Under the pieces are notes generated by a model. It made no database searches, was not told the DNA's origin, and worked only from the letters and a program-made list of their open reading frames with translations. Made by a program: the position numbers and the translations under genes. Of a stretch of DNA of 64,000 nt, positions 45,435-56,073 are shown one piece after another. Origin of the DNA: a bacterium (GTDB lineage: Bacteria; Zhuqueibacterota; Zhuqueibacteria; Oceanimicrobiales; Oceanimicrobiaceae). Where the stretch lies: positions 1 through 64,000 of the forward strand of contig JBHHXT010000002.1 in NCBI GenBank assembly GCA_046757165.1. The letters run 5' to 3'. Numbering within the stretch: the stretch's first letter is position 1; every line of letters starts with the position of its first letter.

Positions 45435-47651
45435 ATGAGGAAGTCGATGGAGGAGGGAAAGCGTCACTTGTTAGACGACCTGAACGGCGTGCAGCGTGCC
45501 GCGGTTCAGCATATTGACGGCCCGGTGCTGATCCATGCCGGCGCCGGCAGCGGCAAAACGCGCGTCTTGACCTATCGCGTGGTCCATCTGATTGAAAATG
45601 TGGGGGTGAAGCCGTGGGAAATTCTGGCTGTGACCTTCACCAACAAGGCCGCCAGTGAGATGAAACAACGCATTCTCGACCTCTCGAGTGGCTTCGGCAA
45701 AGAGATCTGGATTGGGACCTTCCACTCTGTCTGTGCCAGGATTCTGAGAAGGGAAGGCGATAAACTCGGGTACGGCAGGAATTTCTTGATCTTCGACCGT
45801 GACGACCAGATGCGATTTATCAAGTATGTGATGAAGGAATATTATATTTCTGAGAAACAATATTCCCCTGAGACCATCCTGTCCTGTATCAATGGGGCCA
45901 AAAGCACCTTCGTGACCCCGAGCCAGTACGAGTCAATCGCCAGAGCCCCTTTTGAAAAGACAGCAGCCCTGGTCTATTCCCAATATCAGAGGCTGATGAA
46001 AGAGAACAACACCATGGATTTTGACGACTTGCTGGTCAACACCATCCTGGTGTTTCAAAAGCAGCCCGAGGTATTGGAGCACTATCAAAACAAGTTCAAG
46101 CACGTCCTGGTGGATGAATATCAGGACACCAACCATACGCAGTACTTACTACTCAACAAACTGGCCGCAAAACATAAGAATTTGTGCGTCGTCGGAGATG
46201 ATGACCAATCCATCTATCGTTGGCGGGGTGCTGACATCAAGAACATCTTGAACATTGAAAAGGACTATCCGGGTTGCAAAGTTTATCGCCTGGAGCAAAA
46301 CTATCGTTCGACCAAGCATATCTTGCACGTCGCCAACTCTGTGGTGCAAAAGAATCTACAGAGAAGAGAGAAGGCACTCTGGACCGACAACCAGAATGGG
46401 GAGAAGGTCACTCTGGTTGACCTGGATGATCATATTTCTGAAGCGCTTTATATCGTCACGTCTATCAAGGATGAGCTTCATCGAAATACACGCAATTTCA
46501 ACCATTTCGTTGTCTTGTACCGAACAAACGCACAGTCGAGAGTTATCGAAGAGACGTTGCGGACCGCGGGAATTCCGTATGTCATTGTCGGAGGCGTGCG
46601 CTTCTATGAGCGCAAGGAGATTAAAGACGTGTTGGCCTACCTCCGCCTGGTCTGCAACCCGAAAGATTCCATTAGCTTCAAACGCGTTGTCAATTTGCCA
46701 CTGAGAGGAATTGGGGAGTCATCGGTGAATCGACTGGCTGCGTACGCGAAGAAAGAAGGAGTTTCCCTGCTTGAAGCCGCCGGTCGCGTGGAAGAGATTA
46801 CGACCATTGCTCCGCGCATCAGAAAAAACATTCTTGATTTCTATCGCCTGATCGACAAGTATGCGACGCTGAGAAGCGAATTCTCGCCCGGAGAATTGGC
46901 GCGTGCCGTGGTTGATGAGATCGGCATTCTCAGAACGTTCAAAGAGATAGCAACCGAGAAATCTTTGGGCCGGGCAGAGAACGTTCGCGAGCTGCTTTCC
47001 GCCGTCGCTAACTATGCCAAGCGAAACAAAACAAAGCGCCTGGAAGACTTCCTCGAGGAGGTCACCTTGATCTCGGATATTGATAGCTGGGATGACAGGT
47101 CAAACGCCATCACGTTGATGACCTTGCATAGCGCGAAAGGACTCGAATTTCCGGTGGTCTACATCACGGGCCTGGAAGAGGGACTTTTCCCGCTGAGCCG
47201 CACCCTTACAAGCGATGACGAGCTGGAGGAAGAACGCCGCCTGTTCTACGTCGGCGCAACACGTGCGAAAGAAAAACTGTTCTTGACCTGGGCCGCGCGG
47301 CGATTGAAATTTGGCGAGTATTATCAAAATTTGCCGTCAAGGTTCCTCAAGGAAATCAACCATGATTTCCTCGTGCGCCACAATCTGACAAGCGGGGCTG
47401 AAACATCTGAACGGCAGCCCCGCAAGTCTACGCATGCCAGGGCGGCGGATGTGACATTGACCTACGATGACTTCTCCCGGGACTTACCACCATTGTATGT
47501 CGGCTGCGAAGTGAAACATCCGAGGTTTGGTATCGGTAAGGTCATCAGCAGACAGGGGGAGGGGGAAAATATGAAAATCACGGTGAAATTTTATCAGGCT
47601 GGCGAGAAGCGATTGCTGGTCAAGTATGCCAACCTCGAGAGAACATATTAG
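45435..47651 (+). CDS. uvrD: UvrD/PcrA ATP-dependent DNA helicase
   Basis: AGAGSGKT, VDEYQDTN, GDDDQSIY, LEQNYRS, HSAKGLEF and EERRLFYVGATRA, plus a C-terminal Tudor-like domain. Confidence 0.95.
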   Translation: MRKSMEEGKRHLLDDLNGVQRAAVQHIDGPVLIHAGAGSGKTRVLTYRVVHLIENVGVKPWEILAVTFTNKAASEMKQRILDLSSGFGKEIWIGTFHSVCARILRREGDKLGYGRNFLIFDRDDQMRFIKYVMKEYYISEKQYSPETILSCINGAKSTFVTPSQYESIARAPFEKTAALVYSQYQRLMKENNTMDFDDLLVNTILVFQKQPEVLEHYQNKFKHVLVDEYQDTNHTQYLLLNKLAAKHKNLCVVGDDDQSIYRWRGADIKNILNIEKDYPGCKVYRLEQNYRSTKHILHVANSVVQKNLQRREKALWTDNQNGEKVTLVDLDDHISEALYIVTSIKDELHRNTRNFNHFVVLYRTNAQSRVIEETLRTAGIPYVIVGGVRFYERKEIKDVLAYLRLVCNPKDSISFKRVVNLPLRGIGESSVNRLAAYAKKEGVSLLEAAGRVEEITTIAPRIRKNILDFYRLIDKYATLRSEFSPGELARAVVDEIGILRTFKEIATEKSLGRAENVRELLSAVANYAKRNKTKRLEDFLEEVTLISDIDSWDDRSNAITLMTLHSAKGLEFPVVYITGLEEGLFPLSRTLTSDDELEEERRLFYVGATRAKEKLFLTWAARRLKFGEYYQNLPSRFLKEINHDFLVRHNLTSGAETSERQPRKSTHARAADVTLTYDDFSRDLPPLYVGCEVKHPRFGIGKVISRQGEGENMKITVKFYQAGEKRLLVKYANLERTY

Positions 47652-47664
47652 TGTGGACGGACTC

Positions 47665-50600
47665 ATGGAAGCCATCAAGAACATCGTTTTCACCCTGCTT
47701 ATCCTCAGCGCAGGCAATCCGAAGGCGGTCTGGACCCAAATAACGAACCCTGAAAGAGAATTTCTCTTTGCGCAGAAATTGTATGAAGACCAGCTATTTT
47801 CACTTGCAAGCCAGCAGTTTGAAGCGTTCGCAAATAGATTTCCGAACAGTGAGCATGCAGACGACGCGCTCTTCCTGAGCGGCGAATCATACTACGCAAT
47901 TTCAGATTTCAACAATGGGTTTGAAGTGCTGAAAGAGCTGGAGCTGTCTTACCCGCAATCCACCTATCTGCCTCGGGCAAGATTTCTACTGGCACGGTGT
48001 CAACTGGGCTTGCAGGATTTTGCCGCCGCCGGTGAGCTGTTCAAGAGAGTGGCCTACTTTCATCCGCAAAGCGACGTGACCGCTGCTGCGCTCCTCGAGG
48101 CTGGCCGGGCGTTCAAGAGATCGAACGATTTGCAGGCAGCCCTCACGGCGCTTGTGCAGCTCACCAGAGATTACCCTGATTCCCCACAAAGGATCGAAGC
48201 GGACCTCGAGATTGTCGACGCCTTCGTGGCGAACGGTGACTTGTCGGAAGCAGTGGCCCGAATCGATGGTATCCTGCGAGTATTCGGCCCGGATATCAAA
48301 GACCCGCGGGTCTATTGGATGCGGGGTCAGATATTCGAGAAATTAGGGCAAACCCAGGAGGCGGAAGCCATCTATCTGAAGCTCGCTCAGGACTTTGACA
48401 CGAGCCCGCAGGCCCGTCTGGCGAATTACCGCCTGGCAGAAATTTACCAGAAAAAAGGCGACTATGAAAGAGCGCTTCAGCAGTACGATCTCTTCTTGAG
48501 CGTCGAGACGGATGCCACACTGAAAGCCAGCGCGTATTTGAGAAAGGGCGATCTGCTTTTCGACACCCGGAACTATGAGGCGGCTCTGAGCCACTACCGG
48601 CAGGCCGACAGTCTCGGAGCAGCGAGCCATCGCCAGGAGATCTCGTTCAAGCGTGCGCAAGCTCTGCTGGCCTTGCATGATCTCGAGGCTGCCGCGACCA
48701 CCCTGCAGGGCATGGTCGAGAACAGCGTCCGTGCTGCGGATGAACTTGAAGCGGAGAGGAGAGGCGACGACACGAGTGATTTTGTCGAAGCGGCCTATTG
48801 CGCCCTGATCGAAACACGGGTCGAATTGGGCCAGCCCCGGAGCGCTCTCAGGCGCATCAAAGAGTATGAGGTGAACTTCCCTGCCGGTAGCAAGCTCGAG
48901 TGGATGGCCTTTCAGACCGCGGCGATTCTCGAAGCAGAGCTGCATGATTTCACCCGAGCGCAACGCGCGTATGAGAGATTCATGGAGGTGTACCCGGGTA
49001 GCCCGATGGTCGATGAAGCCCAATTTGGTCTGGCGCAATGCTATCTCAGACTCAGGGAGTACAGGTTAGCTCAGCATGAATTCGATAAGTATCTCCGCCG
49101 TTATCCGGGTGGGGATACTTATGAGGCGGCCGCGGCCAGGCAAGAAATCATCGAAGAAACCGTCAACCCTGGCTCTGGCACTGAGCTGCGGGAGGTTTCG
49201 GTTTTGCTCGCTCAAATTGCACGCAATGAAAAGCCGAGGAGTCTGGAGTTCGAGTTGGGAAAAATCTATCTAAAAACAAAAAATTATGAACAGGCAATCG
49301 CGACGTGCAAAGCGATTCTTGCCAACAACGACAATGATGACATTCGGGCGGACGTCTACTACATCCTCGGCAAGTCCTATTTCCAGGCTGCCGAAAGAGC
49401 AAAATTACATGAGGATTCAGTGCTGACCCGGACATATTATGATAGCGCTGCCATCAGCCTGAGGTTTGCCAGCGAAATCCTGCCGGACCATGCTGAGGCG
49501 GAAGAGTTGGCCTATCTTCAGGCGAGAGCAAGGCTGGCAACACAAGACAGCGCTGCGAGACAGGAGAGGTTGCAGCGATTGCTGGCATGGCCCTTGAAGT
49601 TTCCCGGGGGAAAACATCTCGACTTCGCCTGGTTAGAAATCGCCGAGCACCATTTCAGAACCGCCAACGAAAACGACACCACCGGACTTGATTCCGCCCG
49701 GATCTACTACGATCGCATCCTGAGCGAGAAGCCAACGAGCGCCCTGGCAGAGAAGGCGATGTTCGGCCGCGTGCTTTGTTCCAGCCGCCTGGAGGCCGAT
49801 TCGGTTTCTCTGGCGCAAATTGACACGTTTACGGCGCACTACCCACGCAGCCATTTTGTGCCTCAGCTTCTGCTGGTGAGAGCAGAGATAAATCGTAGAG
49901 CAGGCGACCTGGCAGCCGCCCGCCGCGACCTGGGCCGGGTGCATGCCGAGTATTTCTATTCGCCGCAGGCGCAAGAGGCAAAACGAAGACTAGCTGAGCT
50001 GGAATTCGAGGCCGGGGATTTTCGATCCGCGCTTGACCTTTACAATCGCATCGAGCTTGATCTGCTGGGAGCGGGACATGCTGCCCCCGACACGGATGCC
50101 GGCATCGTGCCATTCAGGCAGGCCATGGCGCTTGAAAGACTCGGACTTCATTCGCACGCCCTCAGACGCTACCTGAAGTTCATAGATAGGCAGCCGCAAA
50201 GTCCCGAGGCGGTGCAGGCGAGAATGGCGATCGCACGAATCGCAGAACAACAGGGCAATCTCACGTTTGCGATGCAGTTTTACGAACGGATTCTTGCCCA
50301 AAGCACGACGGACGACGACAAGTATGCCGCAAATATGGCCATCGGTGACCTGCTCTTTAAGCAAAGATCCTACCAGGACGCCCTCGCTCACTACACAGCG
50401 GCACGGGCTGCGACACTCGAGCCCGCCAGACAGAGACGAGCGGAAAGTCAGGTGATCCGGTGCAAATACAAGATGCGGCAATTTGCCGCCGCCGATGCGG
50501 ATGTTAAACAGTTCAAAAAGAGATTTGAAGGCACGGCTCAGGAGGAGGCGCAGTTCTTGTTAGAAAAGGCCAACGCATACAAGACTAACAAGAACTTTGA

Positions 50601-51411
50601 GTTCGCGAGAAAGGCTTTCAAGAAGTTGAAAAAGGATTACAAGAACACGGAGTGGGCCGCTCAGGGAGAGTTCGGGCTTGGGGCCGTCGATTTGATCACC
50701 AATCACACCGAGGAGGCGCTCGAGATTCTTACGGATATCCCGTTACGCTATCCGGATAGTGCGGTGACTCCCCTGGCCTATTTCAACCTGGGGGACTTTT
50801 ATTACAAATCGCAACAGGTCGAAAACGCGATTCATGCCTTCAAGAAGACGCTCGAGCATCAAAAAGCGGGCGAATACCATTCAAAGGCGCTGCTTTATTT
50901 GATCGATTGCTACCGTGATGCGAGTCTCTGGGATCAGGCCATTGCCAGGACACGCGAGTACTTGCGCAAATACCCGGAGTCGGAGCACGCGTTTCGCAAG
51001 AAGATCGATTTGGCGCAGCTCCTGATGAAAGTGAAAGAATACAACCGGGCGATAGACCAGCTCGAGTTGTTGCTCCCCTATGCCCCTGATGAGTTTGAGG
51101 CGGAGATTCAATTCTACATTGCGCAATGTTACAAAGAGATGGGCGATTTCACGCGCGCGACCGCTGAATTTCTAAAAGTCAAATACTTGACCCAGCCGTC
51201 GAAGTTGCCATGGCACGTCACCGCGTTGTTCGAAACCGGCAGGTGTTTCTTGAAATTGAAAGAAGTCGAGCAAGCGAAGAAGATATTCCGGAGGATTGTG
51301 AGAGAGCAGGGGACCGGGAGCAATTTTGGCCGGTTCGCCGTCAAACAGTTGCAGGAGCTCGAAAGCAACCACACCGCCACTTCTTCCAACGGAGATCTTC
51401 CGCCACGGTAG
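47665..51411 (+). CDS. large exported TPR-repeat protein
   Basis: Signal-like N-terminus from ATG 47665 and many BamD/CpoB-like TPR units with YPxS turns. Confidence 0.88.
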   Translation: MEAIKNIVFTLLILSAGNPKAVWTQITNPEREFLFAQKLYEDQLFSLASQQFEAFANRFPNSEHADDALFLSGESYYAISDFNNGFEVLKELELSYPQSTYLPRARFLLARCQLGLQDFAAAGELFKRVAYFHPQSDVTAAALLEAGRAFKRSNDLQAALTALVQLTRDYPDSPQRIEADLEIVDAFVANGDLSEAVARIDGILRVFGPDIKDPRVYWMRGQIFEKLGQTQEAEAIYLKLAQDFDTSPQARLANYRLAEIYQKKGDYERALQQYDLFLSVETDATLKASAYLRKGDLLFDTRNYEAALSHYRQADSLGAASHRQEISFKRAQALLALHDLEAAATTLQGMVENSVRAADELEAERRGDDTSDFVEAAYCALIETRVELGQPRSALRRIKEYEVNFPAGSKLEWMAFQTAAILEAELHDFTRAQRAYERFMEVYPGSPMVDEAQFGLAQCYLRLREYRLAQHEFDKYLRRYPGGDTYEAAAARQEIIEETVNPGSGTELREVSVLLAQIARNEKPRSLEFELGKIYLKTKNYEQAIATCKAILANNDNDDIRADVYYILGKSYFQAAERAKLHEDSVLTRTYYDSAAISLRFASEILPDHAEAEELAYLQARARLATQDSAARQERLQRLLAWPLKFPGGKHLDFAWLEIAEHHFRTANENDTTGLDSARIYYDRILSEKPTSALAEKAMFGRVLCSSRLEADSVSLAQIDTFTAHYPRSHFVPQLLLVRAEINRRAGDLAAARRDLGRVHAEYFYSPQAQEAKRRLAELEFEAGDFRSALDLYNRIELDLLGAGHAAPDTDAGIVPFRQAMALERLGLHSHALRRYLKFIDRQPQSPEAVQARMAIARIAEQQGNLTFAMQFYERILAQSTTDDDKYAANMAIGDLLFKQRSYQDALAHYTAARAATLEPARQRRAESQVIRCKYKMRQFAAADADVKQFKKRFEGTAQEEAQFLLEKANAYKTNKNFEFARKAFKKLKKDYKNTEWAAQGEFGLGAVDLITNHTEEALEILTDIPLRYPDSAVTPLAYFNLGDFYYKSQQVENAIHAFKKTLEHQKAGEYHSKALLYLIDCYRDASLWDQAIARTREYLRKYPESEHAFRKKIDLAQLLMKVKEYNRAIDQLELLLPYAPDEFEAEIQFYIAQCYKEMGDFTRATAEFLKVKYLTQPSKLPWHVTALFETGRCFLKLKEVEQAKKIFRRIVREQGTGSNFGRFAVKQLQELESNHTATSSNGDLPPR

Positions 51412-51435
51412 CGCCGTGAGATGGAGAATTGACCG

Positions 51436-51777
51436 TTAGATGTGATTGTAACCCGCCCGTTGAGCTGACCAAATAGATAACGACTCTCTAAACCTTCTCG
51501 TAAGGTCGTCATTATGAGTTGAAATATACTCACTGAACTCAGTAAAACCTATTATATCTTTTCCATCACCAAAGGGTTGAAGATATACAACCTTACAATC
51601 ACATTCTCCTGGTCGAACGGATATTGAAGGAATGTATTTGCTGATTCCGACAAATGAATCCGAGTCGGCAATTTCATGGATTTGTGGCGGAACTCTGACC
51701 AATCCTATTTTTTCGAGTAGCCTAAGAAGATGATAGTACTTCCTTTTTGAGCTGGTGACGTGAAATATTTTGACCAA
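51436..51777 (-). pseudogene. AT-rich gene fragment, probably the 3' part of a foreign gene
   Basis: 113-codon ORF in a low-GC patch, antisense to its neighbours. The stop lies in ATCTAAC followed by an attC-like hairpin. Confidence 0.4.
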
Positions 51778-51905
51778 CCCTGTAAGAACTTCAGAAAAGA
51801 GAAGATAAATTCAGACGCATTTTCAGTAGATTCTTTATTTGCCGAAAAACGGAATAAATTCTCTCTATCGCAGTATTATGTGTCAGGACTTAATCGTTAT
51901 CATTT

Positions 51906-52517
51906 ATGCTCCAAAGCCGTGCAAAGATGGATTCTACCAGGGACAAAGATGTATTGAGGTACGTCGAAAAAACGCTGGCGGGTGATTCGAGAGCTTTTGA
52001 ACGCATCATCAGCAGGTATCAAAAACGTGTTTACTTCACGATTTTGCAAATGGTGATGAACCATGAAGACGCCAACGATGTGGTGCAAGATACCTTCATC
52101 AAGGCGTACACCAAACTCAGTACTTTTGATGAGAAATATCCATTTTACCCGTGGTTGTACCGGATCGCCGTCAACACGGCTCTCAATCATCAAAAGAAAA
52201 AAGCCCGTTCGCGCGCCCTGTCTCTCGATGATTTGGATAACAACAACCATCATGCTGAGCTGGCCGAGTCGCCTCAGCAAATAGACAACATGGAGGGAAA
52301 TGAGCTGGTTCACAAGTTGCGGGAAGCGTTGGACAGGATACCTTATGAACAGCGAACGGTTTTTGTTTTGAGAGTAAATGAAGGGTTGAGTTACCAGGAG
52401 ATTAGCGACACGCTTGAAATTTCCATTGGCACTGTCATGTCCCGGTTGTCACGTGCACGCGAGAAACTAAAAAGCCTTTTACAGGCCTACCTGGAGACCA
52501 AAGATATAGAGGTTTAA
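51906..52517 (+). CDS. ECF sigma-70 factor
   Basis: DANDVVQDTFIKAY, WLYRIAVN and LSYQEIS...GTVMSRLSRAR. Confidence 0.95.
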   Translation: MLQSRAKMDSTRDKDVLRYVEKTLAGDSRAFERIISRYQKRVYFTILQMVMNHEDANDVVQDTFIKAYTKLSTFDEKYPFYPWLYRIAVNTALNHQKKKARSRALSLDDLDNNNHHAELAESPQQIDNMEGNELVHKLREALDRIPYEQRTVFVLRVNEGLSYQEISDTLEISIGTVMSRLSRAREKLKSLLQAYLETKDIEV

Positions 52518-52520
52518 GCC

Positions 52521-53645
52521 ATGAACTCTTGTCTGTACAAATCCAAGTTAGAGCCATATTTGGATCAGGCACTGTCTGTAAAGGAAATGGAAGAGGTTGC
52601 GGACCATTTCAATGATTGTCCACACTGCCTGCCCGAACTGCAGCGCCTGACTCACTGTGACTCTCTGTTCCGGCGCAATGTCGACGCGCTTTATCCGCTG
52701 CCCCCGGACGATTACTGGGAGACTCTTCCCCGGGTCGTGATGGGACGATTGGGACTGGGGCGCGAAAGATTCACTCTGCAGACGTTTCTGCAACAAACCA
52801 CGAAGCTGTTCCACGTCAGGATTTTCCAAGTGGGTTTCGCGGGCGCGGTTGTCGCCATGGTTCTTTTTCTGGCCTTGCGACAATCTGAAGTGGGGCGGTC
52901 CAAGATCCTCGCTACCGCCGCAGGGCCGGGACAGGAGGAATCGACGATTTCCGGACTCGGCCACGACGCTCCACCGGAAAGCAGCGCTGCGCCCGGCGCT
53001 GAAATGGACGAATCTTCAAAGCACGCTGACCTCGAGCGGACGGTAGCCGTGCTTGCTGAAAACGAGTCGCAGACGGTCCCGCCAGACAGAGGAATCCCTG
53101 GCGGCAAGATTCGTTTTGAGCCTCCGGCCGAGATACCCGCTCGAGGATTGTTGACCATTTCTCCAACGCAGCAGGGCGAACTCGCGCCACAGCCGAATCC
53201 GGAGTTTCTGCTCACAGGTATCGATGAAGACGATGTCTCTAGTGACGATGTCACACTCAGGCCCACAATAGCGGCGAGGGGAGGGACGGTCAGCGGGTCT
53301 GCAACGGAGATAGACGTTCCCGGCCCGTCACTGAAGTTCACCGAAGAGCAGAGCGATTTCGCGGAGACTTTGTGGATTGTACAGGAAAGCGTAACGCTCA
53401 GAGAGAAGAAGAGCATTTGGCTGTCCTACATCGCACGTGAAAAAAACAGCACCTACCGCGCGATGGGCGTCTACAATCTCGCAGTTGTCCTGGCCAAAAT
53501 CGCCGGGAACACCAAAGATCCGGATGAGGCGAAGGAAGCTATTGAATTCTTCGAAAAGTATGGTTCGTCGTTGCGGCAGCAAATGGGTGACAAGAGATAC
53601 GAGATGAAGCTTCGTGCCTTGCAACTCATCTATGACTACAATTAA
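52521..53645 (+). CDS. zinc-finger (ZAS, zf-HC2) transmembrane anti-sigma factor
   Basis: HFNDCPHC (HxxxCxxC), one TM segment, a long low-complexity linker and a helical C-terminal domain. Starts 3 nt after the sigma gene. Confidence 0.85.
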   Translation: MNSCLYKSKLEPYLDQALSVKEMEEVADHFNDCPHCLPELQRLTHCDSLFRRNVDALYPLPPDDYWETLPRVVMGRLGLGRERFTLQTFLQQTTKLFHVRIFQVGFAGAVVAMVLFLALRQSEVGRSKILATAAGPGQEESTISGLGHDAPPESSAAPGAEMDESSKHADLERTVAVLAENESQTVPPDRGIPGGKIRFEPPAEIPARGLLTISPTQQGELAPQPNPEFLLTGIDEDDVSSDDVTLRPTIAARGGTVSGSATEIDVPGPSLKFTEEQSDFAETLWIVQESVTLREKKSIWLSYIAREKNSTYRAMGVYNLAVVLAKIAGNTKDPDEAKEAIEFFEKYGSSLRQQMGDKRYEMKLRALQLIYDYN

Positions 53646-53708
53646 CTGTTGAAATGTTCCTCGGGGGGGGAATGGAGTCTTTGAATCCTGTTTGATTAGA
53701 GAAGTCTG

Positions 53709-55916
53709 ATGTCAACTATTCGATGGGGAGCAGGTTTTTTCTTTCTTTTTCTATTGCTGGGCTGGTCAAATCAAAGGGTAGGTGCGCAGGGATTTGTCAC
53801 CCCGTTTGAGCAGGCGGATGTCCTTCCCACGCTCGAGCGGCAGGATATCGATATTTTCATCAGCAACGACATTGCTGAGATTACGGTGCGGGAGACCTAC
53901 TTCAATCCGCACAACCGTGACATTCAGGGGTATTATAATTACTCCTTGCCGTCTGGAGCAGAGACTTACGATCTCGAGCTGACCATAAAGCAGGCTGCCT
54001 TCAAGGGCGATGTCCTGAAGGAGGAGATGGCAAATGCGGTCTATCTGGACGCTTTTCGCCAGAGACATGAGCATGGATTTCTCGAGATGGTCGGCAATGA
54101 GCTTTTCCGTGCCCGCATGTATCCCATCTTTACGCGCGGGAGGCAGGCGATAACACTTACGTACAAGCAAAAACTGCATCAGGACAACGGGCTCGTCAGG
54201 CTGGTCCATCCATTGCGGTGTAGCTCGGGCCCGGAGGTTGCGACCTCTTCCATCCTGTCGGAAAACCAGGCCTATGTGTCCATCGAATCGAGGCTACTGC
54301 CGGCTGGAACAAGTTTCACCCCGATACCGGCGACGGCCACCAGGCAAAACATCTCAGTGGAATTGTCCTGCGATGTTGCCATCAAGAATGTTTATTCGCC
54401 CAGCCATGATATTGAGATCGATCGCCGGGGGGAACATTCAGCCCAAATCACTTACACCGGTCGCCAATTCGAGAACAGAAAACGCTTCGTGCTCTACTAC
54501 GGCCTCACGAATGCCGAGGTTGGCGTCGACGTGTTGACTCACCGCGTGAGCACTTCCGAAGACGGCTATTTTATGGTTTTGTTGACGCCCAGGACGGACA
54601 TTCCTGGCTTCAAGGCCAGCAAGAATCTCGTCTATGTTTTGGATGCTTCGGCAAGCATGAAGGGGGAGAAAATCAAGCAAGTCAAGTCTGCCCTGAGGTA
54701 CTGCATCACCAGCCTGAACAAGGATGACTACTTTAATGTGATTGTCTTCAGCACGGAGTCAAGAATCTTCAAGAAGGAGCTGGTGAGGGCTTCGGAATTT
54801 CGGCAGGAGGCGGTTGAGTTCATCAATCAAATCGCGGCCGGTGGCGGAACAAACATCAACGAAGCACTGCTAACGGCTCTCAATCTGAAAGGTGGCAACG
54901 GCGGGCCTCGCCGCATCGTTTTTGTGACCGATGGCAGGCCAACCGTCGGCGTGACCGACGTCTCCGCAATCCGCAGGAATGTCAGGACGCTGAATCGTCG
55001 AGGATACAGTGTCCACAGTTTTGGCCTTGGCTACGAAATCGATACCAGCTTATTGGATGGACTCGCCTATGACAACGGCGGCACCAGCGACTATGTCGAG
55101 CATGCCGAAGAGATCGAAACACGAATTGTTGACTTTTATCGCAGCACGAAGACCCCCGTTGTTGGTTCGATCGAATTGGACTTTGGCGAAATTGACGTGC
55201 ACGAGATGTATCCGGAAGGGGTGTACCAACTCTTTGAAGGAGTTCAACTGAGTTTGCTGGGACGGTACAAAGGAGTCGGACCGACAACGTTGACCGTGAC
55301 CTGCCGTGGCCACAACGACCAAACGCTTCGCCTCATGGTTCCAATTACCTTTGAGAGCGAAAATAGTGAAAACGCTTTCTTGCCACGGCTGTGGCTCAGC
55401 CGGAGAATCGGATTCTTGTTAGAGGAGATCCGTTTCAATGAGCACGCAGAGGCATACAGGGTGACCTATGAGACGCTAAGCCGCAAAAATGCCGGTTTTC
55501 CGGGCTGGTCTGGCTATGCAAATATTCTTCGTTCGCCTATGATTGAAGAGGCTGAAAAAAACAGTACGGGTGAAAAGGCAGTCAGAGAGAGTAAGCTTCT
55601 GAGACGATTAAAAGAAGCTGAAATTGTCAGTCCGGGCAGCAAACGCACAATTCGGTACGTGGGCGGAAAGCTGTTCCACTGGAACAACGAGGGGTACTGG
55701 GTCGAAAGTGGGGTCGAGCTGGACCGGAAGGCTCTCAATATCAAATATGGCAGTGACGCGTATTTTGCCCTCCTCAATTTCTACAACGAAGCCGCGCTCT
55801 ATCTTGCCCTGGGCGAAAAAGTGTATTTTAGACTTTACAAGAGTTTCATAAGAATTGATGAACATGGATTGGACGAGATTAGTAAGACAGAATTAAGGGA
55901 GATTTTGTCGTACTAA
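53709..55916 (+). CDS. exported VIT + vWA domain protein
   Basis: Signal peptide, VIT-like N-terminus and MIDAS motifs DASAS, GGTN and FVTDG. Confidence 0.88.
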   Translation: MSTIRWGAGFFFLFLLLGWSNQRVGAQGFVTPFEQADVLPTLERQDIDIFISNDIAEITVRETYFNPHNRDIQGYYNYSLPSGAETYDLELTIKQAAFKGDVLKEEMANAVYLDAFRQRHEHGFLEMVGNELFRARMYPIFTRGRQAITLTYKQKLHQDNGLVRLVHPLRCSSGPEVATSSILSENQAYVSIESRLLPAGTSFTPIPATATRQNISVELSCDVAIKNVYSPSHDIEIDRRGEHSAQITYTGRQFENRKRFVLYYGLTNAEVGVDVLTHRVSTSEDGYFMVLLTPRTDIPGFKASKNLVYVLDASASMKGEKIKQVKSALRYCITSLNKDDYFNVIVFSTESRIFKKELVRASEFRQEAVEFINQIAAGGGTNINEALLTALNLKGGNGGPRRIVFVTDGRPTVGVTDVSAIRRNVRTLNRRGYSVHSFGLGYEIDTSLLDGLAYDNGGTSDYVEHAEEIETRIVDFYRSTKTPVVGSIELDFGEIDVHEMYPEGVYQLFEGVQLSLLGRYKGVGPTTLTVTCRGHNDQTLRLMVPITFESENSENAFLPRLWLSRRIGFLLEEIRFNEHAEAYRVTYETLSRKNAGFPGWSGYANILRSPMIEEAEKNSTGEKAVRESKLLRRLKEAEIVSPGSKRTIRYVGGKLFHWNNEGYWVESGVELDRKALNIKYGSDAYFALLNFYNEAALYLALGEKVYFRLYKSFIRIDEHGLDEISKTELREILSY

Positions 55917-55971
55917 CCTGAACTTTGTCGAAAAAATACAAGTTCCTCGTTAATCCCTCCTCCTTTTAGCC

Positions 55972-56011
55972 ATGAAAAAGCCGTGATAGCCATCGCGGCT
56001 TTTTCATTTTT
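55972..56011. terminator. intrinsic terminator (potentially bidirectional)
   Basis: ATGAAAAAGCCGTGAT-AGCC-ATCGCGGCTTTTTCAT followed by TTTT. Confidence 0.7.
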
Positions 56012-56073
56012 GCAGTTGATTTTGTGCGAATTTTTGAGTAAAGTACGTGCAAGACCTTCGGATGCTCAGAGAG

